DNA of 57,667 nt, filler included, from Sphacelaria rigidula (taxonomy: Eukaryota): assembly GCA_964200075.2 (NCBI GenBank). It is 3 parts of 3 records of this genome, joined end to end, with 100 filler letters (N's around TTAATTAATTAA, not from the genome) between each part and the next. Parts side by side here need not be neighbours in the genome. Positions count along the whole stretch, not along the records: positions 38,513 to 57,667 come from CAXNAA020000723.1; 2 more parts are not named here. One strand, written 5' to 3'. The translations under genes and the position numbers were made by a program. The notes beneath the pieces are model-generated. The model had not been told where the DNA came from. It was given only the letters and a program-made list of their open reading frames with translations, and made no database searches. Position 1 is the first letter of the stretch, and the number at the start of each line of letters is the position of its first letter. Positions 38,891 to 52,442 of the stretch are shown one piece after another.

Positions 38891-41800
38891 GTGGTCACGG
38901 GGGTGTATCCCGGGGTGACGACCTGCGAACTTGATGAGCTGGCCGCTCAGACCGCGGCATACATGGCAACGCAGCACCGTGAGTAAATCCTCATTTATCC
39001 CAAGATATATTGTCGCTAGTGTTCGATCGGGGATGGGTGGACTCATGACGTTGCATCCCGTAGTCATATGACCACCGACCTCGCATCCCTCCAAAGCCGG
39101 GACGGAGCACGCCGGGTTTCCTCCCGAAAATGATTTTTAATGGGGGAGGGGTGCGGGGGCAGCGTGATCATTTGTTGCTTGCCTTGGTCTTTTGACCATT
39201 GACCATGCATCCCTGTCGAGGCGGAGCATGGGGGTGGGCAGGGTGGGGATGCGGTGCAGTTGGATGAGACGACAACAACGACCATTTTCACTCGTACCCC
39301 TAGTTGACTGCTGAAATAGGCTCAAACATCACCAAACTCGGAGACCTTGTGTGAGTTCACTTTCATGGTTTTGATATCAGTTCGGTTCTTGTCGCGATAT
39401 CTTTCGGTAGTCACCGTTTGAGGGGTGATGAGCTTCACGTTCGATGTACTTCCGTTCTTGTGATTCGTTTTTCGTCCTTGGCGCGGCAGCGGACATGTCG
39501 CTCCTTGCGGCACGGATCTCGGTGTCCAACCTGCACAAGAATACACCCGACGCATTTAGTAAGACCATCGAGAAACTCCACAGCTACGTGCTGCCTCAAA
39601 CGGGAGAACGGTCGTCCCTCATCTCCGAGGATGTCTACAACATCGTGATGGAGGTAATGAATAAAGGATTTGTCGAATCCTGGATATGAGGCCGAGAGAG
39701 TGGAAGCCACGATATTCCCGCACGGAGCATGGCAGTACATAAGAGATGCATTGACAGGGCGCGTGAACGAAGGGGGAAAATGTCCGCCGTGCATTTCGTA
39801 TCTTGTGTTGAGTTTGTTTCAGCCGTCTCATGAAGAAAAATAGATGATCGTAGAAGTTGGATGCGACGATCTCAGATAAACGATTGAATTCAGTGCTGGC
39901 AGGACATGGGGGTCTACGGGGGTCTAGGTCGGACGAACAGGGCGTATGTATTTGATTGACATGACGATATGATACGCAGTGCAGAAATGTGTTGTCTGAT
40001 GGCGTTTATTTTGTGTGTGAGATGATCTTTTTGGTGTTTCCGAATCGCCTGATCTGATACGAGCAGAACAAGGACGTGTTGGATGCGGCGATCAGGGAGG
40101 AGCGAGATTTCGAGTACGATTACTTCGGGTTCAAGACACTGGAAAAATCCTACTTGCTCAGGTGTGCTGAGCCAAATTTTTTCGGGGGGTGGTTCTTCAC
40201 CTTCTTTTCCCATTTTGTTCTTGTGTTAAGTCCCCTGTTGGCTGTTATACCATTATTCAGAGAGAGTAAATCTGTTTTCATACCGGGTACGTCTCTCACG
40301 CGACCACGGCTGGATCTCTGGGGGATGACCTGAGTAAAATGCGACAAATGGATGGACGGGCTTCCAAGGGGGAATACTCTAAGAAGTATTTGCGGTGAAA
40401 GGAGCACGCTGCCTGGACACGAAAGAAACTTGCCGACTATCGAAAGAAAAAACGAGCATCGGTCAAGGTGCTAGTGTAGCCTTGGGTACATGAAGTAGCC
40501 GAAATGCATCCGGACGATCACCCGCATGCAGCAGCTGAGTTACGCAATGGGACCGATAAAGGCTTTCGGTACTGCGCGCTACTCCCGTTTCTGTATTTTA
40601 TTATTATTATTATTTCCGCACATGAGTCCCATCTCGCGAACCCGTGGTGACAGACGAAGGCTCGCCTTTCCCATGTCCCCGCTATTCCTTACAAGATGTA
40701 TATGCACATGGAGAACATATACGCTTTACAAATGAATATATATATATATATATATATTGTGTTCTTTTTTCCCAGAAAATAATAATCCAAACCAAATTTC
40801 TCCGAAGCACGAAGGAAATGACAGATTAATTAATGGATTGTTCTCTACTTTTATTGTACAGCCACGTACACATGGTGGCTGGGATGGGGGTGATCACTCT
40901 TTTGAATCGCCAGGTCCCCATGAAAAGGAGCAGTTCGAAGAAATTGAGAACGAGAAGTAAGTAAGGGAGCGTGAACATTCTGTTGTTTGGTGCCCACCTC
41001 TGTCCGTCTCCGTTTCATTTTTGTATTTTTTTTCGATGATAGAGTGGACGGCTTGGTTGTGGAGCGCATTCAGCATATGCTCATGCGCGTAGCGGTGGGC
41101 ATCCACCAGAGGGATATCGCTGGAGCCGTGGAGTCGTACGATCTGATGTCGCAGAGGCTTTTCACACACGCGTCGCCCACGCTGTTCAACGCCGGCACAC
41201 CCCGACCGCAGCTGTCGTCGTGTTTCTTGCTGAATGTGAAGGAAGACAGCATCGAGGGTATTTACGACACCCTCAAACAGGTTTGTTTCGGTTCGCTTCA
41301 ATTTTTTTTCTCCATTTTCTTCTTCCTCATTTTGTTTCTCATTTTTTTTTCAAGAGCTGCTTTTATGTTCCATTTCATCATATGCTTACTTTTTTCTCTT
41401 CCAACACCTCGTTATTTTCCAAGTTCGTAGGTTCGTAACTGAATGATTGTGTGTGTTGTTTATTGTGTTTTGAGGAATTGCGTACGAGGGGATGGGATCA
41501 AGACGAGGGATGGGGTTGGGGTTGGACACTCGGGCTAGGACCCTGAAGTCGTAAGGGCCGACGGGCACAGATACTTGGGGAACCCTGTAATACGGGTACT
41601 CTGAAATACGCGTGATTTTGGCAGGCTACAGATATTTTCCGGTACCCGTAGCACTGGGTAACTAGACGCAACACTAAACGCAATTTTAGGTCCCTGTACA
41701 TGGTGAAGCGTTTCCCGGCGGCAGCTGTCGCGTTCCGTGTTTGAATGATCTCAACTTCGCTCCCCCTCTCTGTTTTGTTTGTGCATCGTCTATTAATATT

Positions 41801-44800
41801 CACTTTGATACCATATTTCGACGTGACGTGTGCTCAAGTGTGCAAACATCTCCAAGTTTGCCGGAGGTATTGGCGTCTCGATTCACCACATCCGGGCCAC
41901 GGACTCGTACGTAGCCGGATCTAACGGGTCTTCCAACGGGCTCGTGCCCATGCTCAGGGTGTTCAACGACACCGCTCGCTACGTAGACCAGGCAAGCTTG
42001 AAGAAGAAGATCGTGGATGAAAAGTGGAAATTGTGGTACTTTTGGACCTGAACTGGTTCCGTTTGTTAGTGTGGTCGTGTATTGATTTTTAGTCATCTAT
42101 TTAATTGATTGACTGGTTAATTGATCACCTGATCGACCGGTTCATTGTTGAGTTGATTCGATCAATTTGTGGGTTGTATTGTAGAAACTTACTTCATTTC
42201 TCTGAAGATGATTTACTTCAAATCCATCATGATGATGTTATTTTATCTCTCGTTCTTCTTCCTATCGATAGTAATGCTACGATAGACAGGGGTGGGAGTA
42301 TTTTGAGCCGTTTTCTGCACGGGAGCCCCCTTGAATCGCCCTTGAAAGCAGCCAACAGTTGTTCGAACGCGCTTGCTCCCGATAAAAAACGCTCGTTCAC
42401 ATTGTTTTCCAACCCTTTTACCCGAATACAAGCGCACCGCGAATGTTCCAGGTCGCTTGACGCATCCAGGAGCACATCTTTTCGTGGAATCGAATACCCC
42501 CCCCCCCCCCTAGCGTAGCATATAATGCCTTCGTTTGGCGTTTGCCACATCCTTGGCACGAGCCTGGAATTTTTGTTGTCTTAGAGGACAAACCCGTCGT
42601 TTCCCGGGTGCCTACCATCCCTTCCATCCCCACCATCACTCCTCTAGCCCCTTCCCTTCCATCTACTGACCGTTCGTTTACTGTGAGCTCACGATGAAAC
42701 TAGGACTTGTAATTGGTTGAAGCAATATTTCGAAAAACGAATGAGAAACTGAAGGTACACAGCGTATGTCGACGAAAATGAGGGAGCTGAAGAAAAAGGA
42801 CAGCGGGTTTTGCAGAATGTATTCTGATGAGAAATCGTTGGATTTTTGTTCAATTTGCGGTTGCAGGGTGGAGGTAAACGAAAGGGGTCCTTCGCCATGT
42901 ACTTGGAGCCGTGGCACGCTGACATCTTCTCCTTCCTCGACCTGAGGTAAGTGCTGCAGGCGCTCGCCTTGCATGAATGTCGTCTTGAGTGCATGTTTCA
43001 CGTGTGCTGTCCTTCCTGCCTGCGGATCGCGTCGTGATGGAATCTTGCATGAAAATACAGAATAGAGAATCGGCGAACGGTCCTCGAGAAACGCTTGTGG
43101 TATGTTAACCCCCCTGTAGCGTTGTGTATGTCTTGGAGATGGATCGCCCTTTCCGCGGTTGTGGGCTGTGTATTCTTCCCCCCCATCAGCAGGAACCGTG
43201 CTCGGAACGGTGCTCCGTCTCGACAGGGATGCGTGTTGATGGTCAAATGACTAAGGGAAGCAATAAATGAGTATGCCCCCCCTCCCCACCCCCCTCATCC
43301 ATAAATGGAAGGAACGTAGTAAACCCCGAATGCTGGAGTTATCTCTGTTGTAGTAGGGACGGTGCTGCATCTCGGAAGTGATGCTGGTCGAACGACTGAA
43401 GCAAGCGCCCCACCCCCATCTATCGTCGGTGTAGTGAACACGCGTACCTGCCGGTTGACTGACGGCCATAACATGCTTCTGTCATCCTCCAGGAAGAACC
43501 ACGGGAACGAGATGGAGCGTGCCCGCGATCTGTTTTACGCGCTCTGGATCCCCGATCTGTTCATGAAGCGAGTGGAGACAAGTGAGCCGAGCCCTCTAAT
43601 ATCTTGGCGTTTTGTTGAGATATGATCTGGTTTGGTCTACTTTTTAACCCCCCTCCTTCCTCGGGACGACCCTGTGGCCGCGAGCGATCAATTGACCTAT
43701 CTCCCTGTGACCGCACGTACATGTCTGACATGGAACATTCGTCGTCCTTCCCATACCGCGCTTCTCCCGTTATTCTTGGTTGGATGATCGACGTAGACGG
43801 CGACTGGAGCTTGTTCTGCCCCAACGAAGCACCAGGCCTACCTGACGTGTTCGGAGATGAATTCGAGGCGTTATACACGGAATATGAGGCCAAGGGCAGG
43901 GCCCGCCGAAGCATCAAGGCTCGCCTCCTGTGGACGGCCATCATGGACGCGCAGGTGTTCGCTATACTCACCAGCAGCTTCTTTTTTTGGCATTTCTTTG
44001 TGTCGATTTTATGTCCGGTCATGTTCCATGTATATATATATATATTACGGTCACATGTCCGTCGTCCACTCTTCATTTCGTGTGTGCCTTGTCATCCCAT
44101 CTATTCTGCACTCCAGTCTACACATTTTGGTACATGTGGGCGCATCAACCGGAGACTGACAGGAAGAAGGTCAACACAGGATTACTTCATTTCTTCTCTT
44201 TTTATTTCGAATCTTGTGTAACCAAGACAAAACTAGTCGGTCTCCAGCATTGGGCATGACTGACGTGAGATGAACTCCCAAATCGTGTGACTTCCAGGAA
44301 TCCGAATCCACATCCTCCCATGTCCACTTAGACGTTTATCAGATTCAGTGTGTACACCATCTGCCGGCACTCGAGAGGGTGGAATCGTGGTGGCTTTGGG
44401 TGACTCGTGCTTCCTCACAACATACTGTTTTTTTTTGTGGTTGGTTTTCATTTTTTCATTTGTCCGTTCTCGTCTGTTTGATTTCGTCTTGTTTGACACA
44501 TACGCGTAATTGCGCGTGGGCTGATGGACGGGAAAAACGAAACAATTTTCAGGTGGAGACAGGAACGCCGTACATGCTCTTCAAGGATGCGTGCAACAGC
44601 AAGAGCAACCAGAAGAATCTCGGTACCATCAAATCCTCCAACCTGTGCACAGAGATCATCGAGTACACGGACCCTGACGAGGTGCGTGTAACCAGTGTTT
44701 CTTGTTGTGTTGTCCCTCCTATTCTGAACGCCAGTCTACACCGTTCGGTATATGTTGGCGCACCAGCCGGGGTCACACAGTAGGAAGGTCAACACAGAAG

Positions 44801-47800
44801 CTTTTTCTTTTCCGGTTGTTTTCGGTACCCCACCTTCCTTCTGCGGTGCTTGCCTTTTGTTTTTATCGCGAGTGGGGTTCAGCATTCCCCTTCCCTCGTC
44901 GACCGGTACGTCGAGTTTTGTGTACCCACGACATACAGTACAGGATCTCCACGACAGTGCCGAAAAATTATCCACTGTTGGGCATGGTGTCAGAAAAAAT
45001 CCCAGATCGCTCCTAGATATGAACCCACGACCCAACCGTCAGAAGGTGTTACTAACTGAGCGAGCCACCGGGGCGACGGGTTTCCAGTGTGCCTCATTCA
45101 TTCCGTATACACTTTTCCGTTTTCATGCCCCGTTTGCTTTTGTGAAGTTGTCCTCCACCCGTGTCTGTTTTCCTCCCATCATACCTAGAAGTATGTAGCT
45201 TTCTTCTTTTGTTCTTTGTGGTTGCCGTCCGCTCTACTCTATCTTTCCTTGTTCATGAAACAAACATACTGCTTGACTAGTTCCTCAACAGGAGGCTGCG
45301 TCCAGTGTGTGTTTCTGTTACGTGATTTCACGCCATCTACTCTGGGCGCCAGGCGCCTTTCGGTATATGCAGGCGCATCAGCCAGGGTCACACACGAGGA
45401 AGGTCAACACGGGACTCTTGTATATATGTCTTGTTGATGATGGATGTTTCCCCGCTCGTATTTCGTGCGGTGCGATTTGTATGTATTTTTTCAGGTGGCT
45501 GTGTGCAACCTTGCGTCCATCAGCCTGCCGGCCTTTGTCACAAGTGCCGCGGATGGCGCCCCGGCCGAATTCGACTTCCAGCGTCTGTATCAGGTGCGCG
45601 AATTCCTCGCCAAGGGGTGGTACTTGGTCGTTGTGCTAAACTCGCTTCACGGTAGTCATGGTCGCGGAAAATAACAACAATGACGACGATGGTGGTAACA
45701 TAAATGATGACAACAATGATGGTAATATAGATGATGACAATGAAGATGGAAATAAAACAATTATTACTCCACCTTGGATTCACTATGTTTCCATTCCTTG
45801 ACATGACTCGAGTCCCCAACGTCTGATGTATGATTTTGTTCCGAGAATCCAGTCCCCGTGTCGTTGTTACTGCTGTTTTTTTCTAATCATGGATTTCTGC
45901 GTGTACGCCTGTCTTTCATGTTTGTTGCTGATGCTGGGCACAGGTTACTCAAGTGGTGACCCGCAATCTGAACAAGGTGATCGACGTTAACTTCTACCCG
46001 GTGCCGGAGGCGAAGAAGAGCAACATGCGACACCGCCCCGTGGGGCTGGGGGTGCAGGGACTCGCTGACGCCTTCATAATGGTGAGCAGGAGCGATCACG
46101 TTACCCTACTCCCAGCGTTGTCAAGGCCCCAACCCAAACCTTTTGACCACGGTGCTCTTTGGATTAGTTTCTTGTCTGTTATTCGGACTTGGATGTTGGT
46201 CAAACTGCCCCTGTGGGTTCTTGATTTCATCATCGCCCACTTGAGATATGTGGATGACACATGGATCATGGTTGATTTCTGCCGGCTCAACTCTTGTGAC
46301 TGCCATGCATTTAGTGATTTTGTACATAACTCGTAATCCATGTACATGAACCATCACATGCTGGTGCGGACGTTTGCGTGGCTTGTCGCTCTGTGTGGCG
46401 CTGCCTTCTCACTGAAGATGCACGAAAACTCACGATAAAAAAATCGCCGTGCACATGTTCTTTGGATTATGTTACACCTCAAATACGCTATGCCCAGCCA
46501 CTAAATGCTTTGGACGTCTCTGAGCTTTTGGCCACGACTAATTACTCTGTTGGTTGTTCGTTTTTGCGGCGTTGGACCATCAGCTGCGACTGCCGTTCGA
46601 GTCCCCGGAGGCGGCCCAACTCAACAAGGATATTTTCGAGACAATCTACTTCGGGGCCGTGGAGGCGTCGATGCAGGTACGCATCTCTGTGTGTGAGCAT
46701 ACTCCATATTTGTGTCATTTTCCAATGTGTCTTGTACTCCAATGTGTGAAGTAAACTTTATGCGAGAAGGTGGTATGCACGGATGCTAAATGCCAATGGA
46801 CTGTGTGCTGAGTCAATTTCCCACTGATGATCTGTGAAAACAGAAGCATAATTTACTATGCTAATCCCCCCCCCCCGCGCCATGGTTAGACACCCATAAG
46901 GCAGTGCGACCCGCGGCTGTCTCTGAGGGTAGCGATACGAGAAACTAAAGGCAGCTAGCTCATTGTAGTCTTCCATCCATATACTGTATAATCAGTACGC
47001 TTCGGGCCGAGCAATCTTGGCAGAATCCAGCCCACCGTTGATGCAACTCGTCGAACACTCCACGACGTTTCGCGCTTGATGAATGACTAGGAGCCTGGTC
47101 CGGCAAAAACCTGGTGTGCTCCGTCCCGGCTGTACAGGGATGCGAGGTCGATTATCATATTATAGGGCATTCAAGATGATGAGTATACCACCCTGCCCCC
47201 CTCCTAGTCTCACGTGATGAATCCGTTTCCCCTTCCCCTGGTGTCTGGTATCCGTCGATGTTGTTCCCGGGGTTATTGTCATGCTATTCCAAACCAAAAC
47301 AGCTAGCGGAGAAGCTAGGCACGTACGAAACGTATGCTGGCTCGCCAGCTTCTGAAGGCATCCTACAGTTCGATATGTGGGGTGTCACCCCATCCGATCG
47401 CTGGGACTGGGCAGGACTCAAGGTGAGGCTAACGTGGAATGTGGTGTGTAGGCTCTCATGGCGGTCGGGTGTCGAGCCAAAGTGTTTTTTCGCCATTTTT
47501 GAGAGCGGAATGCTAGAAATGATATGTCATGGTCTGTTGCTTTGAAAGGGGCGAAGTTTTGTCTTTCACATAATCTCACTGTCCCATCGGCGCTGCCATC
47601 GGGCGCCAGTGATGTAGAGGTCCGTCTGATCCCATCGGGGTGAATGGGACGTGGGTTTGACTCCCCAAGAATGCGGCGAGTTTTTTGTTCGAAGCATCTT
47701 ATTTCCACCGTTGGATCATAACGACCCAACTAGACAACGTGGGTGACAGATCTTCATTTGGCCGGGGTTGACGCGGCGCGGGAGTGCTGATGGTCATGAT

Positions 47801-50800
47801 ACAATCCGCAAGACGAAAATGAAAAGTGTGTACCGGGAAAAGATGAGTTGATTTTTTGGTTGAGACCACGGACTCGGGTTGAGGAAGGGAGGGGGCTGAG
47901 TGTGACGAAGGTAGCAATAGTTACTCTGGTTTCTGTAGCTTCCAATGTTTCTTGAGGAGTGATGTGTCAACTTCACCAAGCGTGTACAATAGCACAGGTC
48001 GATATAGTTGGAGCATTGACCTTTCTTACTGTATACTCGTATCCGATTGGTCGTCTGGTTGTGTCCAGCACCGGCGCTGCCGTGCGCGCGCGTGTATGCG
48101 ACGTTTCATGGACAGGCGAAAAATGATGGAGGTCAACGACCTACCTTGCCTCTGCGCTCCCCGCGTTTATTCCCCAATGTGTTGATCGTCTTGTTTCTTG
48201 CGTGTGCAGCAAAAAATCGCCCAGCACGGCCTGCGCAACTCTCTGCTCCTGGCGCCCATGCCCACGGCCTCCACCGCCCAGATCCTGGGCAACAACGAAA
48301 GCGTCGAGCCTTTCACAAGGTGAGAAGAATTGTAAATGTATCCAGGTATATTTCATCACCGAGCGTGTTGGCAGCGCCACAAGTGCGTGTCCAATCCATG
48401 TGCTTGATGGGTGTACGCGATTCGTCAGGCATGATTTTATATATGACGTATCTTCGCCCACTTGGGAAAAACTTTCACAGTTTCAACGCGGAAAGTGTTG
48501 CAGAAAACCGGGGAAGCTGTCTGCAATGTCCGAAATTTCGTCCAGAAGTTATTCGATTTATTTGCAAGGCAGTCATGTTCCACCCGCCTCAGTAGGACCT
48601 ATGTCCCACCTTCCCGACCATCTCCCGCGGGTATCGTTATTCTCCATTCCCACGTATGTTATTATCTATTCCTTCCCACCGCATGAATCTTGTTCCAGTA
48701 ACATGTACAATCGAAGAGTGCTGGCGGGGGAATTCGCGGTGGTCAACAAGCACCTGTTGAGGGATCTGACGCAGAGGGGGCTGTGGACGGCGGGGGTGCG
48801 AAATCAGATCATCGCTGACCAAGGCTCGGTGCAACGGGTAGACATCCCCCAGGACCTGAAGGTACAGTAGTACTGTATGTTTGACTTGAATTTCGGGTGA
48901 ACCATCGCTGGTTCGAATAACCAAGTCTACGATTTCTGAGGCCTGGTTGCTCGAAAAACATGTAAGAACGTTGACCGCCAGTCCAAAAACTATCCACGCA
49001 AATTTTGTGCCAGTCCTTGCACTCGCCTCGGGGCTGCGCAGCTGGGGTGTAAGACTGGAAACAGCCCAGGGAGTGATGGGTACGATACGAATCATGTTAC
49101 ACTAGAAGCAGGTAATTTTATGTAGACCAATCGTTTCTAGTCCCATCCTTGGTATGATGGATTGTGACCACGAAGGCGAAGTGCCGCGCTGTGACGATGA
49201 AGGTTTTCATCTCGTCCCCACATGATCGCCGCAAGGCGGTCGAGCCGAGCCTTCGGGTAATCGGCACACGAACTCGCTCGCGACCGTTNNNNNNNNNNCG
49301 TTGCGGTCGCCAGCGGGGTAAGTGTTGGGTTGGGTTTCCTCCTTCCATCAAGGAAAAAAAAAATCTCGAACCCATCGCCGAATTTGCGTGGTTGGAAAAA
49401 AACTACTCGGTTTGTGTCGGGGAGAGGTGTGTTCACACCACACTTGGTCGATTGATTCTTGGAAGAAATTGATCGGAAATATGTTATTTCGAAAACCCTG
49501 GGGGCAGGGGGTTTCAAAGCGCCCCCCACGCAAAGTGGTCATGTTCTGGAGTGTAGGCAGTCACGACATTCGAATCTTCCCGAGGCTGGCGAAAAATAGC
49601 AGATGCTCGCTATGGTGTGCAAATTTCGTATGAGCTGTGCCAACACACACACCGCTGCCCAGGATACCTGCCCACTTCATCCGTCTTGCGCGAGGGTCCT
49701 TGGTATACGGTGGTTTGGGGCCGCGAGGATCACGTTTTGCCTACGACTCTCGACTTTCATACTTGAGCAGCAAAGTGAGTTGTCGATCTTTCACTGTAAC
49801 ACCGTCCGCTGGCGAACTCGCTGTTGTCTCTGGTTCTCGCCTGGCACTGCTTCACACCCTTGATGACGACGATAGACTACACAAAAAAAAATGTACCACG
49901 TACAGTATCGACTACTGCGTCTACTGCAACAAAATATCCGATACTGTAAGTAGTACAACAGACGCTCGACTGTTGCGTCTATTGCATCGGACACTACATT
50001 CGATAATGTACCTGGTACAACAGACGCAATAGGCGATACCGTACCTAGTGCACTTTGGTTAGTGTAGTATTTTGTCCAGCGCACGTGATGCTTGTGCCGC
50101 AGTAGCAGGGATCTGTGAAGAGGGGGACAAGCGTTTTTTACTGTGACCATGCCTAGAGTCCAACGCGGATAATTCAGTTGGTCAACACGACACGACCGAT
50201 CAAACAAATCATGGAACCCATCACCCAACTTGTCAAGGGAAGCTCTACGCTCCTCCTTCTTCACCGATGGTGTTTTTCCTTCAAATTTATCGCATGCACG
50301 TGCCTTGCTCGTCGTTGGCAGGACCTGTACAAGACGGTGTGGGAGATCAAGCAGAAGGTGGTGATTGACATGGCGGCGGACCGAGGTGCTTATATCTGCC
50401 AGTCGCAATCCATGAACGTGCACATGGCCGACCCTACCCAGGTAAATTTATGTTGGGAGTAGCAGAAGTGTTGTTGGGCAACCCTGGGGAGAATCTGAGA
50501 CGCTCATGTGATTTTTTTTCTCAGCCCAAGGTGAAACTACGGGCAACGATCGCCCAAGTGTTCGCCGAAACCTCCTGGGATGATCGATGACAAAAGCAGC
50601 AAGTCATTCTGGGGCTGAACCCGCCTCGTCGGCTCTTGTCGTGTGAACCGCTGTCGAAGAGTCGAAGTAGGCATTTATTTGAACTAGGACAATTTCTCGT
50701 TCCCGCAAGAAGTGGCCAGAGCTCTCTCACTAGATGAATTTTTGTCATCCGCTTACAAGTCTCTCACCTCCCCTCCCTTTCTTGAGACGTACGTGACATC

Positions 50801-52442
50801 ACGGAGTCGACCCATTCCTCCCCCCCCCACCTAGGTTTTTGTGTAATGTATGAAAGAAACATGATGAGCACCTGAATGTCGGAGGCGTCTCTGTTGAAGG
50901 TAGGAACGGTGCTCCGTCTCGGAAGATATGCGTGGTCAATGGTCAAACGACTAGGGCGAGTAACAAATGAGTACGCTTCGCCCCCTCCACCTCCCACCAC
51001 CTTCCAATATCCCTTGCCTTGCTCTGTGTTCCATCGCGTTGGGCTAGGATCACTTTTTTATTGTTTTACTGTGTTCGCATTCATTTCCCGACCGACATGA
51101 GACCCCACCGCGGGTAGATGAGTGACGGGAGTTGACATTTTCTTTGTTTCCAGATGTCATTTTTTTCGAACGACGGGCACGGGAAGAAGACTGAGCATTG
51201 CCTGACTTGATCACTTTCTCTTCGGTTGCGTGAAAGACGTGATCCATGCACATCCTTGATAAAATATTCCATTGTGAACAAATGTGCTGCGTACAGTACG
51301 GAATCTATGTCTGTTTCAATGGGCGCAATAGTCGATACTGTACGCGATACAAATCGACTGTGTATTCTGGTGTCCAGGGTATGTATCCCATGAGACAGGG
51401 GGAGGAGGGAATCAATCTTCTCTTGCGTGGTGTGACGTCCTGTGAAACCGCGTGCGTTCCTCTCGTGTTTGAAAGAGGGGAGGACAGTGTGTTGACTGAC
51501 GTGTATTGATCGACGGTCAATCAATCGACTGCTGCGCTGGTTGCAGGGCAAGCTCACGTCGATGCACTTTTACGCATGGAAGAAGGGCCTGAAGACCGGC
51601 ATGTACTACCTGCGGACTAAGCCACGGGCCAACGCGATCCAGTTCACCGTCGACCAGGAGGTGAATCAGGAGGCATAGTTGGAGGAATCTCCATTTGGAA
51701 TGTTCTGGTGTAGCTCACCTCTGTCGTGACGTAATGGGGGGTTCATGTAAGCAGCATGCTTCCATATCTAGCACATCTGGACAGTAAACTCTAAGCAGTG
51801 CAATTGTTATGCCGCCAACTATTCTGGTTTCTGCCGCAACCCTTCATTGACCATCATCTGTGATGCAGACTTCGAGAATAGCCACGAATACATATAGGAG
51901 TTCACGCTCGGGTCCTAGTACGGCTAGGATCGTTGCTACCAATATATGGTGTCGTTATTATTTCCGCACAATGGCCCGATCTCTTGAACCCGCGGTGACA
52001 GGCATGGGCTCGCTTTCCCAGTACCGTCGCTACAGTCCCTAAATGAGGGAAGCGCTTATCGGGCGACTTCTAGACTCCAAAACAGTGTGAATGTGCAGTT
52101 GTTTTTCCTTTGAAAATCTCAGACTTGGAACTGCATACACTCTTGTTTTGTATTTATCTCGAATTTTTTTCCGATGGCGGGCGGGACAGGGCGGACACGG
52201 TCAATCAAGATTCATTTTTTTTTTCAATCGATATCTTGCTCTTTTCCGATGTCAGCCTTGTATGCTCTCTTTTTTCTGCTCGTTTCCCTTGCCCTCTGCT
52301 CACCTACATATTCGTGGGGGCATAGTCCCTGGCGGCCGCGGTCAAGGAGCAAGCGTTACTCCGAAGGCAAGGCAAGGATGAGAAGGTTGCCGAAGAGCAG
52401 GGCGAGGAAGAGGCGGGCGAGTGTCTGACGTGCTCGGCGTGA
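38891..52442 (+). CDS. RNR1: Ribonucleoside-diphosphate reductase large subunit (class Ia R1); first exon(s) missing, probably in the gap at 38413-38512
   Basis: 17 exons: 38891-38978, 39490-39653, 40067-40161, 41043-41280, 41839-41991, 42867-42946, 43493-43581, 43797-43954, 44553-44681, 45495-45593, 45944-46081, 46584-46676, 47303-47422, 48210-48319, 48699-48861, 50322-50441, 51547-51660, plus terminal exon 52326-52442 (TGA). Motifs [65 protein letters not shown] and C-terminal ECLTCSA are intact. Confidence 0.97.
44709..45077 (-). mobile_element. SINE family A, near full-length copy (RNR1 intron)
   Basis: Colinear with 20551-20912, including the tRNA-like head gtcgccccggtggctc..ccttctgacggttgggtcgtgggttcatatc on the minus strand. 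Confidence 0.75.
47598..47805 (+). mobile_element. Probable second tRNA-derived SINE (family B), degenerate
   Basis: gggcgccagtgatgtagagg (A box-like), ctgatcccatcgg stem-loop and gggtttgactccc (B box-like), followed by a non-tRNA body. Single copy in the window. Confidence 0.4.

Noticed and set aside
38891-52442. RNR as a sign of an endogenous giant virus (phaeovirus-type) insertion
   Set aside because: The gene is split by many spliceosomal introns, is a typical eukaryotic R1 and has no intronless viral neighbours.
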